DNA from: Raillietiella orientalis | Lineage: Eukaryota | NCBI GenBank assembly: GCA_036172245.1 | Contig: JAYWIR010000017.1 | Span: 2,790,001 to 2,854,000, forward strand | Direction: 5' to 3' | Length of the DNA stretch: 64,000 bases | In this document: one piece after another, positions 13,701 through 27,876 of the stretch | Position numbering within the stretch: the stretch's first letter is position 1 | How the letters are laid out: the number at the start of each line of letters is the position of its first letter | The notes under the pieces: generated by a model | Seen by the model: only the letters and a program-made list of their open reading frames with translations | What the model was told of the DNA's origin: nothing | Databases searched by the model: none | Program-made: the position numbers and the translations under genes

Positions 13701-15044
13701 TTGACTGGTAAGGATACCACCCCATGCAGAGCAGTCGCTTTACCGTGCTTCCGCCTCCGGACCATCACACTCGATGACATCTTTGCTCTTGTTTGCGCCT
13801 CGCTACCAAATGCAACTGTAAACACTGACTGTATCCGTGACAACTGGAAAGACGTCCTGGAAACCATTTTCAAAGCACAGAACGCCTGAAAATAATGCAA
13901 AGCCAAACCCCACCTGTTATCTTTGGTTTTTGGCAGAGGGAAAAGAATCGGGAACGATGTTCATTAAGGAATTCGAAACCGCCACCAATCGGTCTATATT
14001 CATTGAAGTGCATTTGGATCACTCATACACACTTCCACGTAATTCGAAGTCTGTTTTCAGATCACTACCTTGCAAGTGCCAAGAAATGAGGAAAATCCAG
14101 CCACCGTGACGGACCTTTGAGACAGTAAGACCGAGGCCTTTCCCCTCATTATTTACAACACGGCCATAACTCATTTTTGAAACGTCAGTTTTGAACGAAA
14201 GCCATTTCCATCAAAAGATATGAAATCATGCGACTTCTCGAAATATATAAGCAATAGGAGAAAAAACTGGGCATTTTACTACAGTGATGAACGAGGCAAC
14301 GCCTGAAAATTTCAGTTTCGCCGATCTTTTCAGGAGTTGCCTCGTTCTTTTTAGCACTGTACAACCGTGTTGTAGAAATTCCTCCAGCTGCGTACTGCTT
14401 CACACGATGGGCTGTAAGGCAGTGTTGTACACCCATGTTGGGCTTACTTGCACTGTATCAATGAATACCGCCGTTCTGATTTGGGGGTGATCGCAAATAA
14501 ACTTCTACTTTCGGAAACCAAGAACCTCTCTCCCCTTTTCTCTTTCTACCCAGACACAGTAGGCGATGTGGCTAGTGGTCACATTAGGATGCCAAGTGCC
14601 AGACACGACCTACGTGAAAAGCATAGAGAGAACAAGAAAGAGAACCCTACATTTTGCAAAATTTCCGAAAAAAAAAAAAAAAAAAATGGACACTTGAGAT
14701 CAGTTTGGGCCACAAAAAACAAAACTAAGAAAACACACACATCTTTGATAGCCAACGAAGCTGCCTCAAGTTTAGTTCGAAATTTCATTAAAGTGGGGGG
14801 GGGGAGAAGCTTTTGTGCTACAACATCTAAAAATGAACTGACTAACTACTGTGACATGTGATATGTGTTGTGGTGAACACAAAATTTTTAAACAAGGTGT
14901 TCAATTTTTTTTATATTGCTTTTAACAGATGACTATGCCACCTTTAAACAGAACACTCTGAAACAAACAAGTATACTTTCATAGTAAGGACTTAATTCTT
15001 TGCAAAACCTTTAATGTTCATAAAGTCAAAACATTCTTTACTCC

Positions 15045-16624
15045 TTATCGCTTCCCTCCAACTCGTGGTGCTGCTTTCTGCATGACTTTAGGAACTTTTT
15101 GCTTCATCTGCTGCTTTGTAGCCTGAATGTGACAGCTTGTATCGATGGAAAATGTGCACATACACTAACCTTTGATGGTGCAGGAGCTTTTTTGGATGCT
15201 TTCATTGCACGAGCTTTCTCCTTAGCTAATCTAAACTCAAGAAATCTCAAACCTATTCATTAAGGTGCCTTACCGAATAGCCTGCTCTCTTTGAGCTTTA
15301 CGCACTTCAGGTTTCATGTTTCTCTTTGCTAAAATATCTGTAAGAGATGCACCCACAATAGCCCTTTGAAATTTAGCTGTTCTCCTTGTTCTTCTTTTTG
15401 TTGACTCCTCTTCAGAACCTTTTTTATGCTTCCGTCTTCCTTGATATGTAAGCATGCTAAACTAATAATTTACGTACCTATATAGAACTGTCCATGTTAC
15501 TTCTCGGGGATTACGTTTCATAAGATGAGAAGCCTCACATTTTGCATTCAGGAACTGAAACACCTAACCGGAGAAATTGCTATGTTACTCAGAAATCAAG
15601 GAATTCAATTGTAACAAAAAATATCTAAGCCATGATTAATATACATCTTGCTATTTACAAATGTTAACATGTGCACTCACACATTTGCTCACTGATTAAA
15701 ATCCTTGCTTAAAAAACCAACATTTTAGAAAATACTCAAAAAATACCACCAAAACAGTCGCCTCATAATCACATAAGATATATAAAACTTTTATAAACAA
15801 AAAGGGGATTCAGATAACTTATTAACCAACAATAGAATTTTCTAGGAAACTGTTCTGACGTACATTTTTTAATGTATTTAAAAAGCACCTAAATTTGGTT
15901 TCATAATGCTGGTCATGACTTTGATACTTTAAAATATCCTGCGACGCTTTTTACGAATAAAATAAATATCTACTTCTTGTGTTTGACAGGTATACAAAAT
16001 ACACACACACACACACACACACATCAGAGCTGCTGAGTATTAAAAAGGGAAACTACAATAAAAAAGATGAATAAAGTAAAGATTTCTCTTTGTTTTTGAT
16101 TGGACTGTTTAAAACTACCCACTAAGAAACCTAAAAACACTGATAACATGCATTTATTCCTTGTAACTCCTCAAAAATAAATCAAAAGCACTTGAAACAA
16201 GCTTAAATTAAACCTGGAAAATACCGCATTACATTCATATTATTCGATACTTCGTAAATCTGACGTACCTTTCCATCTGACTTGACTAAACGTTTACCAT
16301 GCCCAGGATATATTTTATATCCACTGTATGCACAAAGCTCGATTCTAGGAAAAGCATATTAACACTTTGCATTAAATAGTAACTTCATATGATTTTTAGA
16401 AACAACATTAGCTTCTAATTATACTAAGTAACAAACAAAATTGCTTTCATCAACAATAATTCTTTAGTAATCTTTTTTTTTCCTCCAAACATCCAAATCA
16501 ATCAAATCAAAATATAAGGATATAAAAAATTATTGAGCTACTTTTCAGGCAAATATCGTACATGTTATTCACTGACAACAATACACATAAATACGATAAA
16601 CATAGTACTTAATGCTTACTTCAT
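15045..16624 (-). CDS. RPL24: 60S ribosomal protein L24 (eL24), 155 aa; complement(join(15045..15122,15170..15230,15274..15435,15478..15563,16269..16344,16620..16624))
   Basis: [18 protein letters not shown]...[19 protein letters not shown]...[10 protein letters not shown]...[10 protein letters not shown]. Six exons sum to 468 nt with GT-AG introns. Confidence 0.97.
16001..16023 (+). repeat. (AC)n microsatellite in RPL24 intron 2
   Basis: Direct observation of an acacac run. Confidence 0.9.
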
Positions 16625-18535
16625 TTTGGGGCTCTACCAAAACCACGTTGGACACCGACAGAGGTTTAACTAAACATTTCGATAGCAGTGTTGCAGCCAT
16701 ATCAAGCATTTCGTTGCAGTATAGTTTGCATAGAATCATCAAAAATTGAAGTAAAACGTCTACTTACTACAATGGGAATTAATTTTAATTATCTATTGAG
16801 ATTAAAATAGTGTGTTTATTATTTTACAAGGCATTTTTATTTGCTGAGTAATTAAGAAAAAATGAGGAATCAAATGTCCTTTGGCAACTAAAACAATTAT
16901 AATATATTTTTCGAATATCCCAGAGAAATTCAAGATCGTGTACATTATATGGGATAGATTTCATAAGAAACCAAAACATAAATCCGTTGGAATAAAATTC
17001 GTAGAGCCTTTAATATCATAACGAAGTTGTCTGAACTCTAAATAACTGAATTTACTGTGAGGTAAAAAGGTTCAAATATACGTCTGTACATGAGATTAAA
17101 AAACTTGGAAAACCTACAAATATAATATTTTTGTCTGATATTTATACTCAAATGTGTACTAAATATGCAATTCTATCATGTGGCAAAAGAAACTGAGCAA
17201 CTCTTACAGTTTTTAGTTTGCAAAAACACTTGTATCCTCTATTACATTTTACAGTTAGTAGTACATAATTTTTCTGATTTAATCGAAGGATATCAGTGAA
17301 TATGCGTTTGTAGATTTTACATATCCTATTTGCATATACAAAAAGAATTTTTTGGCGTCAAAAGAATCTGAGAATATCATTACTCTTGCTTAAATAAATG
17401 TATTTTAGGCACCTGTAATGGATCTTGAACTTGTTGCATTTAAAAGCTATAATAGGGTTTTGTTTTAGATACTCGTTAACTATAATCAGATCAAAGAATG
17501 GTGCATATAGAGATGCTTTTACAGTAATTTCGGTCTGTTTAGTAGGCATTCACTTCCAAAAATAAATAAATAATATACCAAAAGTTTCTTCTCGATCAAG
17601 GAATTTATTGTTTCCTATGTTATTTTGGCTGGCGAAATTTTCGGACGGATGTATACTAGTAAAGTTGAACTTTATATAGCAAGGGCCATAGAAATTGTGA
17701 GATGATACGCACGGATGTCTGATTTTCAAGAGCTAAAAAATACTAGGAGTACGTTCACCATTTAGTAAGCGAATTGTTAACTATCCAATAAGTATGAATA
17801 GTTTCATATTTAAAAACCTCCACGAATATAAAGTCTTCACGACTACGTGCAGACTTGAACTCGAATTGCACAACGGTTCCATTTTCGAGTTTATGAGTGT
17901 TCAATGCTTATCCAGCATGCAGTTCCATGGCATCGTTCACCTCGAAAACACAAAATGAAAATATACACTCTTAATGCCTTTGTCGGTACTTTCTGCCGAT
18001 GTTATTTGGATTCAGAGGTCGCTTTGGATGACCATACACGCAGATACTGTGGAAGCAGGTCACAGCATACATCAGTTACTATCTCCTAAGTATGAGTAGC
18101 TAATGAGCCACTCAGAATGATTACTTCAATCCGAGTTGTCTTAATTTTAAAGCATTGTGTCTTGGTAATATCGTTTTCTCAGGTTGTTGATTAAATTTTC
18201 AGCACTGCGAATGTACAATGGCTCTCAGAAACTTGGCTATTTGCACAATCAGAAGAGCATTCATATTTTGCAAACACTAGTATGCATCCTGCATGAATAA
18301 AAGACCCGTGCATTTATAATGATTATAAATAAAATTATATTTCTCTGTTGTAATGTTTTGATTTTTCAGATGCAAAGCTCTCTATCACCCTAAGTTGTTT
18401 CCATGATTCAGTGAACATTAAGAAAATGATTGAAGTCAGTAGGATGATACAGAAAAAGTCATTTGAAAACTCAAATGGCCTGTATCAAAAAATGTCTTGA
18501 GTACTTCAACAAATATAGCCCAGATATGAAGACGC

Positions 18536-20147
18536 CTAAGGCACATTGCATGAGGTATTGAAGCTCCCAGGATGTTGTAATGTGTTAGAAGAAGTTGAAG
18601 TAGGAATGTCTTCTAATGTATCCAAATCTAACCAATCCAATGCAGATTCTTGGACTAATTGCTGATGACCAACATGCTGCTTTACATTGGTATCCACATC
18701 TGCTGCAGATCTCGAGCAACATTATTAGGATGTACTTCTTCCACCTTACCAGATTCTGTCTCTTTGCTAATTTGCATCTCTTGATGAGAAGGATATGTTG
18801 GAATGAAAGATTTGGGATGTTTGTCTATGTGTTCACATTTTCCATTAGATGAAGGCTGAAAACGAGAAATCACCAAAGAAGAGTTTGGAAACTTACCATC
18901 ACATTCGAAACAGCAAGGGGCACAGCTCCATACCTGCGCTGCTCTTCTTGGTTTTCAGAATTAGAATTATTGTCACCAGTGACAAATCCCTGCAGATCCA
19001 ACAAGGAAGGAGTTACAGGAGCACAGAGCACAGTGATGCAATTAAGACACATGCTACCTTCACTGTAAGGATTGTAAGTGTCTTGGCCATGCTTGCCAGT
19101 GAAGGAACCTTTGATCTGCAAACCAAATCTCAACTCCTACAGCAACGTTTGTAACTCACATCTTCATTAGTAGTTTGGTTGGATGTTACCAAATAAGTAT
19201 GGAATCCAGCTAAACCTAAGATGGACCAGAGACTGAAAAAGCAAATGATCCCTACCACCACACTCCCTGGAGATTCCTTAATAGAGTTCAAAAATACTTT
19301 GTCCTTGCCTGTCACTAAAGGAAGTTTATAACATACTTTAAAGCCAACTTACACATGATTAGGTGAGTGACTACACATGCAAACAGGAACACACAATACA
19401 AGGCAAGAGAAGCAATGAAAAAATAAAAATAACGATAATTTCGTTTACCAACACAGTTGCCAACCCATGGACAGTGGTGGTCAAACCGCTCTAACAAAAC
19501 TAAATAAACCAAATTTTAATAAGGAATTTGGCTTACCCACACAATTATCACAGATACCACAATGGGATGCCCGAGGAGGGCGGAATATTTTGCACGTGAA
19601 ACAATATTTTAGTTTTACAATATGACCTTTAACTAGTATTTCTTTGGTGCGAGGTGGTGGTCTGTATGTTGCCAGAGCAGAAGGACCACAGATACCTACA
19701 TTAGCAAACACTACCTTTCAGTTTCTTTCTGTGCGTAACTCTCACCATACACACCCATTTGTTGCTCAATATCAGCAGCCTCTTCAGCAGATGCTCTTGG
19801 AATGACACCAGGGTCACTAAAACTGGTACGAAAAAGGAATAACAGTACAAAGATGAACAGCACAATGGCAAGTATTGGAAGACACCAACTGACATTGAAT
19901 CCCAAATAAGGGCAGCTACACAAATAAAACTTAAAAATGGGTCTGAATCATCTTTTCCATACTCAAATAAAAAGAATAAACAACTTGTTCCAACAATAAG
20001 AAATACAGTAAAGTAAAAAACACCCAAATGCTGAGCCATCATAATTTGACCATTGCAATAGAACCTGTTCCTTCCTGGATGAACTTGCCATTTGCGCAGT
20101 GGACCTTTACTCTTCAGAAAATTGCTTCTTACTAATCTATCCACCAT
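18536..20147 (-). CDS. DHHC palmitoyltransferase, ZDHHC9/14/18 (Erf2/approximated) subfamily, ~429 aa; complement(join(18536..18702,18750..18855,18897..19115,19160..19314,19353..19490,19537..19695,19755..19915,19963..20147))
   Basis: [82 protein letters not shown]. Intron phases are consistent and exons sum to 1290 nt. The last exon is less certain; an alternative stop lies at 18682 if the final intron is retained. Confidence 0.93.
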
Positions 20148-23100
20148 TATGCTCGACAGATCGTGAGATCTGTAGAAAGAAAAATAACAATAGTAACAAC
20201 AACAACAAATTATTCCATCTCAGCAGTTAAAATTCATGTTATGAAAACTTAACAATTAACAGTATGCAAATGTTACTGCTTACAGTACAACTTTACTTAC
20301 TGTACATGATATTTATGATTTTTTATTTCTATTCTCAATTTAATCTTTTTTTAAATAATGAAACTATATTATTAGCATGCTAGCAATTCCAAAATATTAT
20401 ATTCAAACATTTTACTTATGATGATTTCTTTTGTCACTTGACCCAGAATTTTTCAGCATTTCTGATTTATTTATGTCTACATTTTTAATGAGGTTTCAAC
20501 ATGATGCACAATCAGAATGCTAAAATATTTGATAAACTGCAATATTTATTCTCAAAAAGGACTTTTTAATAAGGAGATTAATTAGCATTAATATATATGT
20601 TTCAAGTCTTCCACTTTCACCTATGCAAGAAGTTTATCCAAATAATGATAAGCACCACAACTATTGTTAAACAACTGGCTAAGTCTTTAATTATCACATT
20701 AATTAAACCAGAAGGATAGAGTAATTAATGCAAAAATCTGAAATGCCAATTACGTTATTCAATTAAGAAAATACCCAAAAATGAAATGAAAAAACAAGCT
20801 TCCTGGGAGACTTTACATTTGTGTTTTTTTTCTTTTTTTCCCAAAACAAAAATTTATTAGTTTCAGAATACAGTTATATTCTACTTCCTTATTTTCAGTA
20901 CAATTCATGCAATGTTTCTGAAATAACGAAACCATAACATTTTCCAACATTTGATGCTAAAATGTTACATGCTATCAGCAAACTTCAACACAGACATGTT
21001 TAATTGTGACACAAGAATGCACAGAATAAGTTACCTGAAGCATGGTAAACTAGATAATTGCTGAATATTTAATGATACCTGCACATAAATACTCCAAAAA
21101 TGCATGCTCATAAAGTTTGACAATGCCAATCACATGACATGAGTGAAGAAATTTTGAAAATATTTGACATATGGTTTTCAAGATTCGATTTAACAAATTT
21201 GCAAGACATGAAATCAACATACACAAAATAGTTTTTTCCTACCACTTTTCTGTCATTAGATACGACTTTACACATTCATAAGTTTGAGAATCTTGAAGTA
21301 AGGGACTAGAAAGATGCTGATTTACTTTGACAGCTGTCTGCACAGATGATCAGAATATTACAATCTAAAGTACTGAAAGAATTAGTATTCTTGTTTGCAT
21401 TACCATAGCCTCATTTACAATAAACAAGACAGTATTAGTCATAAATATTACTTTCCTTTAAAAGTAATGTAATTCTTACATCCAGTTCCAAAAGCATCAA
21501 CAAATTAACAAGGTTAAAGTATTTGATCAAAACTTCCATTTTTATAATAAGGTAATCCTTTATTTATAATTCTGAGGCGAGTGAAAACTTACACATAAAA
21601 TGCCAACATCAATCAATTTATGACAGAAAATATAACCAAATAACACATATGCTTTCGTTTAAGCAATATACAGTTCATTTAAATTGATTCAGTGCAGCTT
21701 TGACTTAAATCATTGAGCAAATTTAAACTTCACTTTTATTGTTCATTTGTAGATTTTAACAATTTTGAAAACAAACAAGGCAACTTGCATTAATATGAAT
21801 AGATTATTACCATTCGGCAAACTTATGCAAAATTTTAACTTGACTAAAGCATTCAAGTCTGTATGTGTGCAATCTTTCCTTCCACTACTCTGACACTGGC
21901 TCCTTCATGAACATCCAACAGGTTCAGGATGGTAACGATATTAAAAAGCATTTATCTACAAACAGACTGACTAAACTGTCTCAAGAGTTTAGCGTGTGCA
22001 TAACTCATAAATTAATTTTCCCAGGCGAACAAGGTGTGAATTCATTCATGGAATCAGTCCATGATGATTGTTTGAAACATTACTAAGTTAATATAGTGTT
22101 CAACAACCTTTTATGGTACACATTTTACTATTCCAATTATCCATAAACACTCACATCAGTCGCTTTTAAAATAGCAAGCCCAAACCTCAGTTCATTTGGA
22201 ACCACATAACTATGACGGAATGCAATTTTCATTCACGTGTGAGGGGCGCAAACAAATGAGATCCCGATTTCAGCAATGACACGAGATTTTTTTGCGGTAG
22301 GGAACGATCCCTAATCCACCAAAGTTTTTGCACATAGAAAAAGTATGTTGGTCCAACCACAGGGTGACTCCAGACGTTTTCCTTCCGATTTGTTCTGCTC
22401 ATGAAAGCAGCAAAAGCGCAAATCCAGTTATTTTTTATTCTGCTAAATTGTAATAGAATTCAGAAAATCATCGATTGTCTTGGAGGCAGAATGCACGTAC
22501 AAGAACCATTCACAAAGACGAAGGCCTAATACCTGAGTGAACTCACGAGTCACCAAGAAAAATTCTGCACTGCCGAGACAAAGAAACCCGGAATCGAATA
22601 TCTGGACAACTCCGTTTCGAAAATTCTGCAAATGCATTATGTGTTTAAAGTAAAATTGATACTGTATTTAAGATGAAGATTGTTTCAAAGATTCTTACGG
22701 AAGCAGTTCTAGTATTTTGATTTCATTCGGTCACATATATCCACCATGTAATAGTAATACTTGGAAGTGTAAAGACACCACCTAAGTTCTAGGGGTCGTA
22801 AGTTTTGAAAAATATCTACAAAATCTTCATTTGGAAATCCCCAAATCTGATCAAGATTGCTTCCGGTTCAGTACACACCCCTGTGCATAGCTCTTTGTGT
22901 ACATAATCGTCAACGTTTCAACAAATATAAAGAGGAATAATCACGAGTGAACCCGTTTGTCAAATCAAAAAGAGTCGTAAAATAGAAAGCACTATGGCTG
23001 CTGCAAATGCCATCATCCATTACCGTCCATCCACAATCTGTCCATATCGAGGAACTTGGACGCAGTGAAAATGTGTTTCCATGTAATTCTTACACTCTTA

Positions 23101-23290
23101 AAGTACATTGCACTCTTAGAGTAAGCCAATAGTTTCCAATTCAACCCTCTTTTTTCTAGACTAATATGTTTCCCTATAAGGTCTTTACATGTGCAAATTA
23201 GCGGTTTGGTTCTGAATGGAGTCTGCAAAAATGAACTTGCCAATGCCTGACCATGCACTCATCCTTAGAGAAGTTCAGTTTTGAGCACAG

Positions 23291-23329
23291 CCTTTCATCA
23301 GTCTGTCAGCAGTGCAGACTGATGAAAGG
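23291..23329. repeat. Perfect 15-bp inverted repeat with 9-nt loop
   Basis: CCTTTCATCAGTCTG-tcagcagtg-CAGACTGATGAAAGG. Confidence 0.9.
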
Positions 23330-26300
23330 TAATATTGCAATGTAATGAAAACTATCTAGTCTAAACTTGATGGATTTAATCGGCAAACTGGTACGACGAA
23401 GTAAATTTTGAGCAAACTTCGTATTGTTACAAATGTCAACTAGCATTATAGCCATTAGATACATACTTCCGTGAATAAACAGCTGGTCGTGGCTCAGATA
23501 TACTAACGGTCGACATGTGTCCATGTAATATACGAACCATATTAAGTCCCATAAACAATACCAACTCCAGAAACTTGGAATCTTATCTGTCCATTTAAGA
23601 TACGACAGAAGCTCAAGTCTTTGTATTATGCAGCACAGATGAGGGTAATAAATAGTTTATTAATCGATGGAGCAATCGAAATTCAAGAAAGTTCGAAATT
23701 CAATGGATGCTTTCATAAAACATTCGAGAATTATTATTTTTTTATAGCTTCGTTCGCTTATCTACAAGAAGAAAAATAAGCTCGGTCGATCTTTTATTTC
23801 AAAATCCCATATAGCTTAAAAACCAGTGTCCTTTTTGACATTAATACTCTGTTAAAATGAACCCTATTTTGATCTTTGGAGAAAGCATGCTAAATGTATC
23901 TCATGAATGATCCCATTCCTTATTGAAAAATCTGGCTCATTCCCTACTGCTTTGAGGCATGCTGCATTGTCTATTATTTAAGATTCCAGTGGCCATCCAA
24001 GCTGATCATGTTTGCTCTATTTGTTGGCTGCAGGTTCTAGCTATGACTTCAAATGTAAAGTTTAGCTATTCTTCCTAATTAAAAATTATGCAGTCAGATT
24101 TAGTTGTTAGTAAATGTTTCAAAACTTTCCATCATCAGAACTTTTTTTTTCCCGTGCCGCTTATTTTATGAATATTTGAAAATCCTTGGACGGATTTCAA
24201 GACTTGGCTAGTAGCTATCTAGGGCTCAGGGGATTGCCTTCCTCGAAACCCATGTCGAACGAATCTGCGTCAACTGGGTGGAGGTTCCGATTGAGAAGAG
24301 TCGATGTCTTCCCCAAAATCCACGGAATTGCTTGAGGAAAACCTCACTTCGCACAGATGTACACCAAAAAGGGAAATGAAATAACCAGCATCACAGTGAA
24401 GACGAAACTTTAAATCCTTATTTGGCCTGGCTCCAGTATGCACACAATACAAAACACCAGAGCCTGCACTTGAGGCGATCACACCAGTTGAACATTTGCC
24501 ACACCGTGCACTTTTCAGCATGATGCTGATTGATTCCCGTTTTTGGCAGAGATGAAGCAAAGCGCAGAGAAGAAATTTTCAGATTTATTGTTTTTACCAA
24601 AGCGCTTTACAATGTGCCAAGAGACCACGGTATACATGGGACTCATTTGTACAAAGGAAATTCTGCGCCAGACAGGGTCCTGAGCAAGTTCAGGCTGGTT
24701 GCACATCTAAACTGAAACTAACTGTTTGATCAGATAAAAAAAAATTGGCTCATAAATGGGGACTTTATAACCGGATGTCTAAAGACAGTAAGTGCAGTGA
24801 TGAACTGACGGAATTCTAATTATCTAATCAATAATCTGAGGTGTAATCATGTAGATTTGTTACCTTTCTGCTAAATTAAGCAGTTTCCTCAGGTGAATTT
24901 ATCATCCACCACATCAATTTAATATATGTACCTTATTTTACTTGTGTGATTTCTGATATACTCGCCCACTTTTCCCCCTGTTACAGTTGCAACTCGATAT
25001 GACAGAACATGTATTCATACATAAACTGAAAATCATAAATCATTTAACCTTCAGATAGAAGGTGTTGCCTTTCGGATGCTTTTGCTCCGTTGTGAAAAAA
25101 GAAATTTGCAAAGACTGTCGGCCTTCATAAAGGTGTACGGATTTCAGTTCTAGTACATCAATCGTGAGTTATTTTGACTGTACGAAAGGTAAAGAGGACG
25201 TACGCAACCATCCCTCTGGAGGAGGATCAAAGTGATGAACCAAGTTTCAGTTCGTGGGAACCGTTGCTCGTCATTTCCGTGTTTTCCACAGACGTTTTCC
25301 TCTTAGACGTTTCGGTGTTTTCACATTGAAAAGGGAAATCAAGTCGTGCTGATCTCGTTTTTCCATTCACGTGTTTGCATCTTTTCCTGCTTGCAAACAC
25401 GTATTTTGGATTCAAACTTTGTGCTAAGAAGTAGAGCGTTTCCTCTCGAATAACCGTAATCTGCTGATTGAGCAGGCTATATACAACTCTTCACGGGTTC
25501 GAGATATCCGCTGCGGTCCGACAACGCAGGCCTCCCTCCGCAAGATTTCACAGAAGTATCACTTGGTGCCCTGATGGAAGCGATCCCATTGCTTCCTCAA
25601 GGAAAAGTGTTCAAACATCTATTACTGCAGACCACCATTTGATGGGAAGGCAGCATCCGTGACAGATGTATTTATTTATTTTTTTTTGATTGTAGAATGA
25701 AAAAAAAAAAAAAAAAACCTTTTATGTCGAACACACAGATCGAAAGAGCAAGGAAGTTTCGTTGCATAATTTTAGAAAATTGGCCATGCGCAGGAAAGGG
25801 CAGTCCATTCACTTCCAAAGCGTTGGAAGGATTTTTGGGTAGGAGGCGCACGAAATGGATTTGTCCGTGGGACGTTAAATCGCACGGTGGCAGAGGCACG
25901 TAACGGGAAAACGCGAAGATTCCACGCGTGTCACTGTGGGCGGGCACGAACGACGCGGGGGCGATCAAGTGGACCGCATGTGGAATTCACCACTGCAGGG
26001 AGCCCCCCCCCCTTCCCCCAAAGTACTTGACGGTGCGTTTCGCGACGCCATCCACCGTCTCTCCTGCACGTCACTGTCCGCCGTTGACATGCCGTGTGGT
26101 GAACGCACGTCTCGCTTCGGAAAATTTCCGCGGCGTTGCAGATACGCGGTTATCTGCATTTCCCTGCACCCGTTATCTGCGCATCGACTGCCTTCACGTG
26201 CTTTGCATGCTGAGCTGAAGGCACTGACATCTACGACAGCCGACCGAACGGTCGTTGATGGATGCGTTCGCGGGCACATGGAAAGAGGTTGGACTTTGCC

Positions 26301-27876
26301 CGGTCGGACGGATTTCGCCGGGCTTGCGATGATCCCGATTTCCGATTCAAGGGAACGAATGGCTGCTGATCCTTCTGACGACGTAGCGACGAGACCACTG
26401 GTCTCTCCACTGATTATGAAACGTGTGTGGAATGATGCCGTCTCTGATTGTCGGAGGTTCGTTGGTTTCCCAGACGAGCATCCTTCGAGATGACAGGCGA
26501 TAGCGACGACTGGCGGCGACTTCGGCAATCGGCGAGCGCCCGTTTCGTCTCCAGGAAACGGAGCATCCGTCCGATGGCGTAGGAGGGATCCGCGCACCCG
26601 CTACCGGGAAGTTCCCTTTCCTGCCCTCGGACCGCAGAGTCGTCGCCTGGTGGGGATCCTTAAAGATCCACGGGGGCAGCGAGTACCTCCTTTCCCATCC
26701 CCCTGTTTGGCGATTCGGCGCCTCGTGGCCGAGGGCTGAAAATCTGTCCTTCGGTCCAGCCGGAAGCTCTCTTGCCTCTGCTCCTCCCGGACCGCGAACG
26801 AAGTGCGGGTGCTTCGTCGCGGGTTCGCTGCGGCGGAAGGGCTGCTCAGCCTCCCCCTGACCACCCGACAGCAAGGAGCTGACGGGTCGCGTGCGCAAGC
26901 GACCAGTAGGAGACAGGGAAAGAGCTCATGGTAAGGGGCGATGGAGCCACTGGTAAGAGCAGACTGCCACTCCGTGTTGCCCACGCCACTCCTCCTCCTC
27001 CTTTTCCTCTCTTCCTTCTCCCCCTTTCTTTTCCTTTTGTGCACCGTTGCGAGGAAGAGACGGCACCGCTGTTGACGGCCGCTGCTGAAGGGCTGCGATG
27101 ATTCCGGGAAGAGGAAGGGAAAACTCCCGAGAGAGCAAAAAGAGCCGGAGATTTGCAGCCTGGGATTCGACGCATCGGGAAGAGCGAAGACAGGGCGGGG
27201 CGGGAATCCACTCGGAGCGACAGTTGGGGGGAGAGGGAGGGCGGACCCGAAGCGCGAGGAACCCTTCCTGGGTTTCTAGGAGCCTTCCCCGAGGCCGGAA
27301 GGCCGGGAAGCGGCCACCGACGTGGACTGTGGACGACGTGAACGACTCGGGAACCTTCTCTGGCATCGGCTGGAGGGTGATGGAAAGTGCTGAGGCGAGC
27401 GACCCGGCAACGACTCGCGAAAGCGGCTCTCCGTCCATCCCAGACCGATCACCACGTCGACATGCCGCCAAGCGAAGAGGAAGCGACCGTCATCTGGACC
27501 TCGCCCTTCCCGCGAGGTGATCGGTCAGGGGAGAGACCGGATGCAGGCGTCCACGGGCGCGCCTCCGCGGCGGGCTGCGAGGTTCCGACCGGCGGGATCC
27601 AGGAGCAGGGCGGTGGGAGCTCCCTGGAGGGAGCTCCCGGCGGTCGAGGAGGCTGGGTCGGGGGAGCAAGGGGTGCCGCGATCCTTCCTCCCAGAAGAGG
27701 ATCTCCGAAGGGGAGAGTCGGACCTCCTGTCCTGCAGAACGGAGGAGGATCCGGCGGCGCCACCGGAACGCTTTCCGGAAAGAGTCCCTCCCTCCTCCCT
27801 CCAACCCGAGGTGGAGGGAGACCCCCTCGAACGCGAGACAGTCGGGCGGGTCCGCAGGAAAGCGCGCGGCTCTCTT

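Noticed and set aside
23319..23355. CTGATGA...GAAA resembling a hammerhead ribozyme core
   Set aside because: No stem II can form between the motifs, and CTGATGA is sequestered in the perfect hairpin.
24797..24840. C box (GTGATGA) and D box (CTGA) pair suggesting a C/D snoRNA
   Set aside because: Only ~45 nt long, with no recognisable rRNA antisense element and no host intron on that strand.
26900..27860. GC-rich region downstream of the Kunitz stop as extra exons or a LINE tail
   Set aside because: Pro/Arg-rich frames without convincing motifs or splice support; the Kunitz ORF ends cleanly after a complete VWC.
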